DNA of 33,143 nt from Deltaproteobacteria bacterium. Lineage in GTDB: Bacteria; Myxococcota_A; Polyangia; Polyangiales; Houyiibacteriaceae. Positions 31,188-33,143 of the stretch are shown here, in pieces. Each line of letters begins with the position of its first letter. Within the stretch, counting starts at the first letter, position 1. The DNA lies in assembly GCA_034670305.1 (NCBI GenBank), contig JAXMNT010000072.1, forward strand, positions 1-33,143. Reading direction: 5' to 3'. Below the pieces are notes generated by a model, which did no database searches, had not been told where the DNA came from, and worked only from the letters and a program-made list of their open reading frames with translations. The position numbers and the translations under genes were made by a program.

Positions 31188-31894
31188 AAGTCGCCACCAT
31201 CCCGGCCGAGGACTCGGACCAGGTAGGCGCGGAGCTCAGCGAGAACTTCGATGTGATCTTCGGGGGCTTCGGGGCGGCGACGGCGGAAGCTGCGCCATCG
31301 GCGGTGGCCGCCCCGGCTGTGGCCGAACTCGTCGGCGAAGAAGCGGGCGGTCGAGCTCTCGAAGTCGGTGCTTCGGGATCGAAACGCGGTGTCGATCGCA
31401 TGCGCCACGTGGGCCTCGTCGACGTGGCCCGCTCGGATCATCAGCACGCAGTCGTACAGGTCTTTGCCGCGCCAGATGCCGCGACCGCGCTCGAACAGGC
31501 CGTGCACTTTCCATGCGAAGAGCACTTCGGACGCGACCGCTTTGAGCTCGACACCGCTTGGGGTCTGCAGGGGCACGGGCGGGCGGGTCATCGGGTCGCC
31601 GAAACCAACGTCCACTTGCACCGGTCCGGTGTCGCTCGGCACCTCCCCGCGAAGACCGGGGAACTCGGTCTCTTCCCAAATGCCCTGCCAGGCGACCGGA
31701 CCAAAGACGTCGAGCAGAGGTCGGCAGTCTTCGAAGGCGTCCACCCGCAGAAGGAAGTCCACGTCGTCGACCGGTCGCGGTGCCGGCGCCACGAGGCCGC
31801 AGACGACGAGTCCCCCGCGCAGAACGAACAAGTCCTGCGCAGGGGCCTCCGCAACCATCGACGCCACGCGCCACAGCGATTCGATGCGGCTCAT
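31184..31894 (-). CDS. AbiEii/AbiGii-like nucleotidyltransferase
   Basis: FVLRGG...R..DDVDF (Pol-beta-type G-G/DxD signature), VQVDVGFGD, E.LFAWK and KDLYD. Confidence 0.8.
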   Translation of the reverse strand: MSRIESLWRVASMVAEAPAQDLFVLRGGLVVCGLVAPAPRPVDDVDFLLRVDAFEDCRPLLDVFGPVAWQGIWEETEFPGLRGEVPSDTGPVQVDVGFGDPMTRPPVPLQTPSGVELKAVASEVLFAWKVHGLFERGRGIWRGKDLYDCVLMIRAGHVDEAHVAHAIDTAFRSRSTDFESSTARFFADEFGHSRGGHRRWRSFRRRRPEAPEDHIEVLAELRAYLVRVLGRDGGDL

Positions 31895-31911
31895 GGCCCT
31901 ACGTTACTCCG

Positions 31912-32619
31912 TCAAGCGGCTTCGGTGAGCCAGCCTCGGTCGATGGCGACGTTCGAGTCGTACACGGTGTACTCGCGCAGCTGATGCGAGAGTCCCCGCA
32001 GGATCCCAGCTTTCGCCAGCACCGCGCGCAGGTCCGACACGAGCAGCTTCCAGCGGGCATCGGCGGTCAGCCGACCGGCGCCGTACACCCGCAGCGTGAC
32101 GAAGCGCTCCTGGATGTCCGAGGTCGTGCGCCGTGCATTCGACGAGAGATGGGCCCCGTGCGGGCGCACTGTCTCGAGGACGGACGGCAGCACCACCTCG
32201 GCGCGCGAAGTCGGCAGCCGCACCTTCACGTGGAACTCGAAGTAGTTGTCCGGGAACGGGAGCGCGTCTGCGTCCGAATGCGGCACACCCTCACCGGGCA
32301 CGATCGCCTCGAGCTTCACGCGCGAGACGCGAAACTCGGCCCCAAGCGCACGGGCCAGCCCGAACACCTCCGCACCTGCAGCCGCCATCGTTCCGCGGTG
32401 GTGGGTGCACGTCATCGGCTGGGAACGCACCGCGCCACGCGGCAGCTCGATCTGCACGAACTTCGCGCCGAGGCTTCGGCAACGCGCGGCAAAACGCGGC
32501 AACTCGTCGACACATGCATCGACGGTGACGTGCGCCTCGAAGACACCCGCGAACGGGAGCTTGGAGAAGTCGGTGTTGTCTTTCCGAAACGCAGGGTGGA
32601 ACAGAGGTGAAGGAGTCAT
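31912..32619 (-). CDS. Hypothetical protein with duplicated FExHV motif
   Basis: Strong SD (AAGGAGG at 32626-32632) 6 nt before ATG 32619; FEAHVTV and YFEFHVKV halves, QPM, HLSSNA, ERFVTLR and EYTVYDSN..ID.GW. Confidence 0.8.
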   Translation of the reverse strand: MTPSPLFHPAFRKDNTDFSKLPFAGVFEAHVTVDACVDELPRFAARCRSLGAKFVQIELPRGAVRSQPMTCTHHRGTMAAAGAEVFGLARALGAEFRVSRVKLEAIVPGEGVPHSDADALPFPDNYFEFHVKVRLPTSRAEVVLPSVLETVRPHGAHLSSNARRTTSDIQERFVTLRVYGAGRLTADARWKLLVSDLRAVLAKAGILRGLSHQLREYTVYDSNVAIDRGWLTEAA

Positions 32620-32694
32620 TGCCAACCTCCTTTCGTGGTCGTGCCGGCGGGAACCTAAGTCGCCGTCGCGGCCGCGCCACAGCCGAAGAGGGTC

Positions 32695-33012
32695 GCCCGT
32701 GCCCGTGCCCGTGTTCGTGCCCGTGTTCGTTGCGATCCGATCCCGATCCCGAAGCCGATCCCGATCCCGAAGCCGATCCCGATCCCGAATCCGAAGCCGA
32801 TCCCGAAGCCGATCCCGAAGCCGATCCCGAAGCCGATCCCGAAGCCGATCCCGAAGCCGATCCCGAAGCCGATCCCGATTCCGATTCCGATTCCGATTCC
32901 GCTTCCGCTTCCGCTTCCGATTCCGATTCCGCTTCCGCTTCCGATTCCGCTTCCGCTGCCGCTTCCGCTTCCGCTGCCGCTGCCGCTGCCGCTGTCACTG
33001 TCACTGCCGCTG
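32695..33012. repeat. Period-6 tract 5 (reverse orientation): GCCCGT block, (CCGA-NN)n, (TCCGCT/TCCGAT)n, (CCGCTG)n
   Basis: Directly visible; includes a run of 12-mer GATCCCGAAGCC units. Confidence 0.95.
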
Positions 33013-33086
33013 ATTCGTACGTCCTCTCCCCATCCCGTGGTGACGCGAGCGCCTAGCGATGGCCATCTCGGCGGCCGGAGGCCGAT

Positions 33087-33143
33087 ATGGACACTCAAGA
33101 TCTACGTGACGAGGTGGCGCGTGCAGGGACCGACGAAGGACGG
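33087..33143 (+). CDS. Possible gene start running off the window (MDTQDLRDEVARAG...)
   Basis: GGAGG at 33077-33081 followed by ATG at 33087, with an open frame to the window end. Confidence 0.45.
   Translation, partial: MDTQDLRDEVARAGTDEGR

Noticed and set aside
31184-32619. Canonical type IV AbiE toxin-antitoxin pair
   Set aside because: The upstream gene shows no recognisable AbiEi winged-HTH features; kept as an unusual operon instead.

Overview
GC-rich bacterial window of about 24 protein-coding genes. The gene content suggests Myxococcota/Polyangiales (inference): a Ser/Thr kinase-ATPase fusion, Asp-Ala-Gly-linker lipoproteins, RCC1 and glycine-rich surface proteins. Recognisable genes encode an NAD(P)-binding protein, a NADAR protein, a biotin carboxylase, GpmI, an ECF sigma factor with a vWA-like partner and a large membrane protein, an ALDH3-type dehydrogenase, a 2TM protein, an ABHD18/DUF2048-like hydrolase, the kinase-ATPase, a beta-barrel-like protein, a metallophosphoesterase lipoprotein and a LysR-YeiH pair. 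No rRNA, tRNA, CRISPR array or transposase was seen. Two things stand out. (1) A compact minus-strand three-gene operon at 30477-32619 encodes an unknown protein with a duplicated FExHV motif, an AbiEii-like nucleotidyltransferase with no recognisable antitoxin, and a stand-alone RNA-ligase-family adenylyltransferase. It is a candidate RNA end-editing/repair or conflict system. (2) Five intergenic 280-370 bp period-6 tracts are built largely on TCGG-NN, and two of them bracket that operon in mirror-image order. All calls come from reading motifs by eye; no database searches were run.
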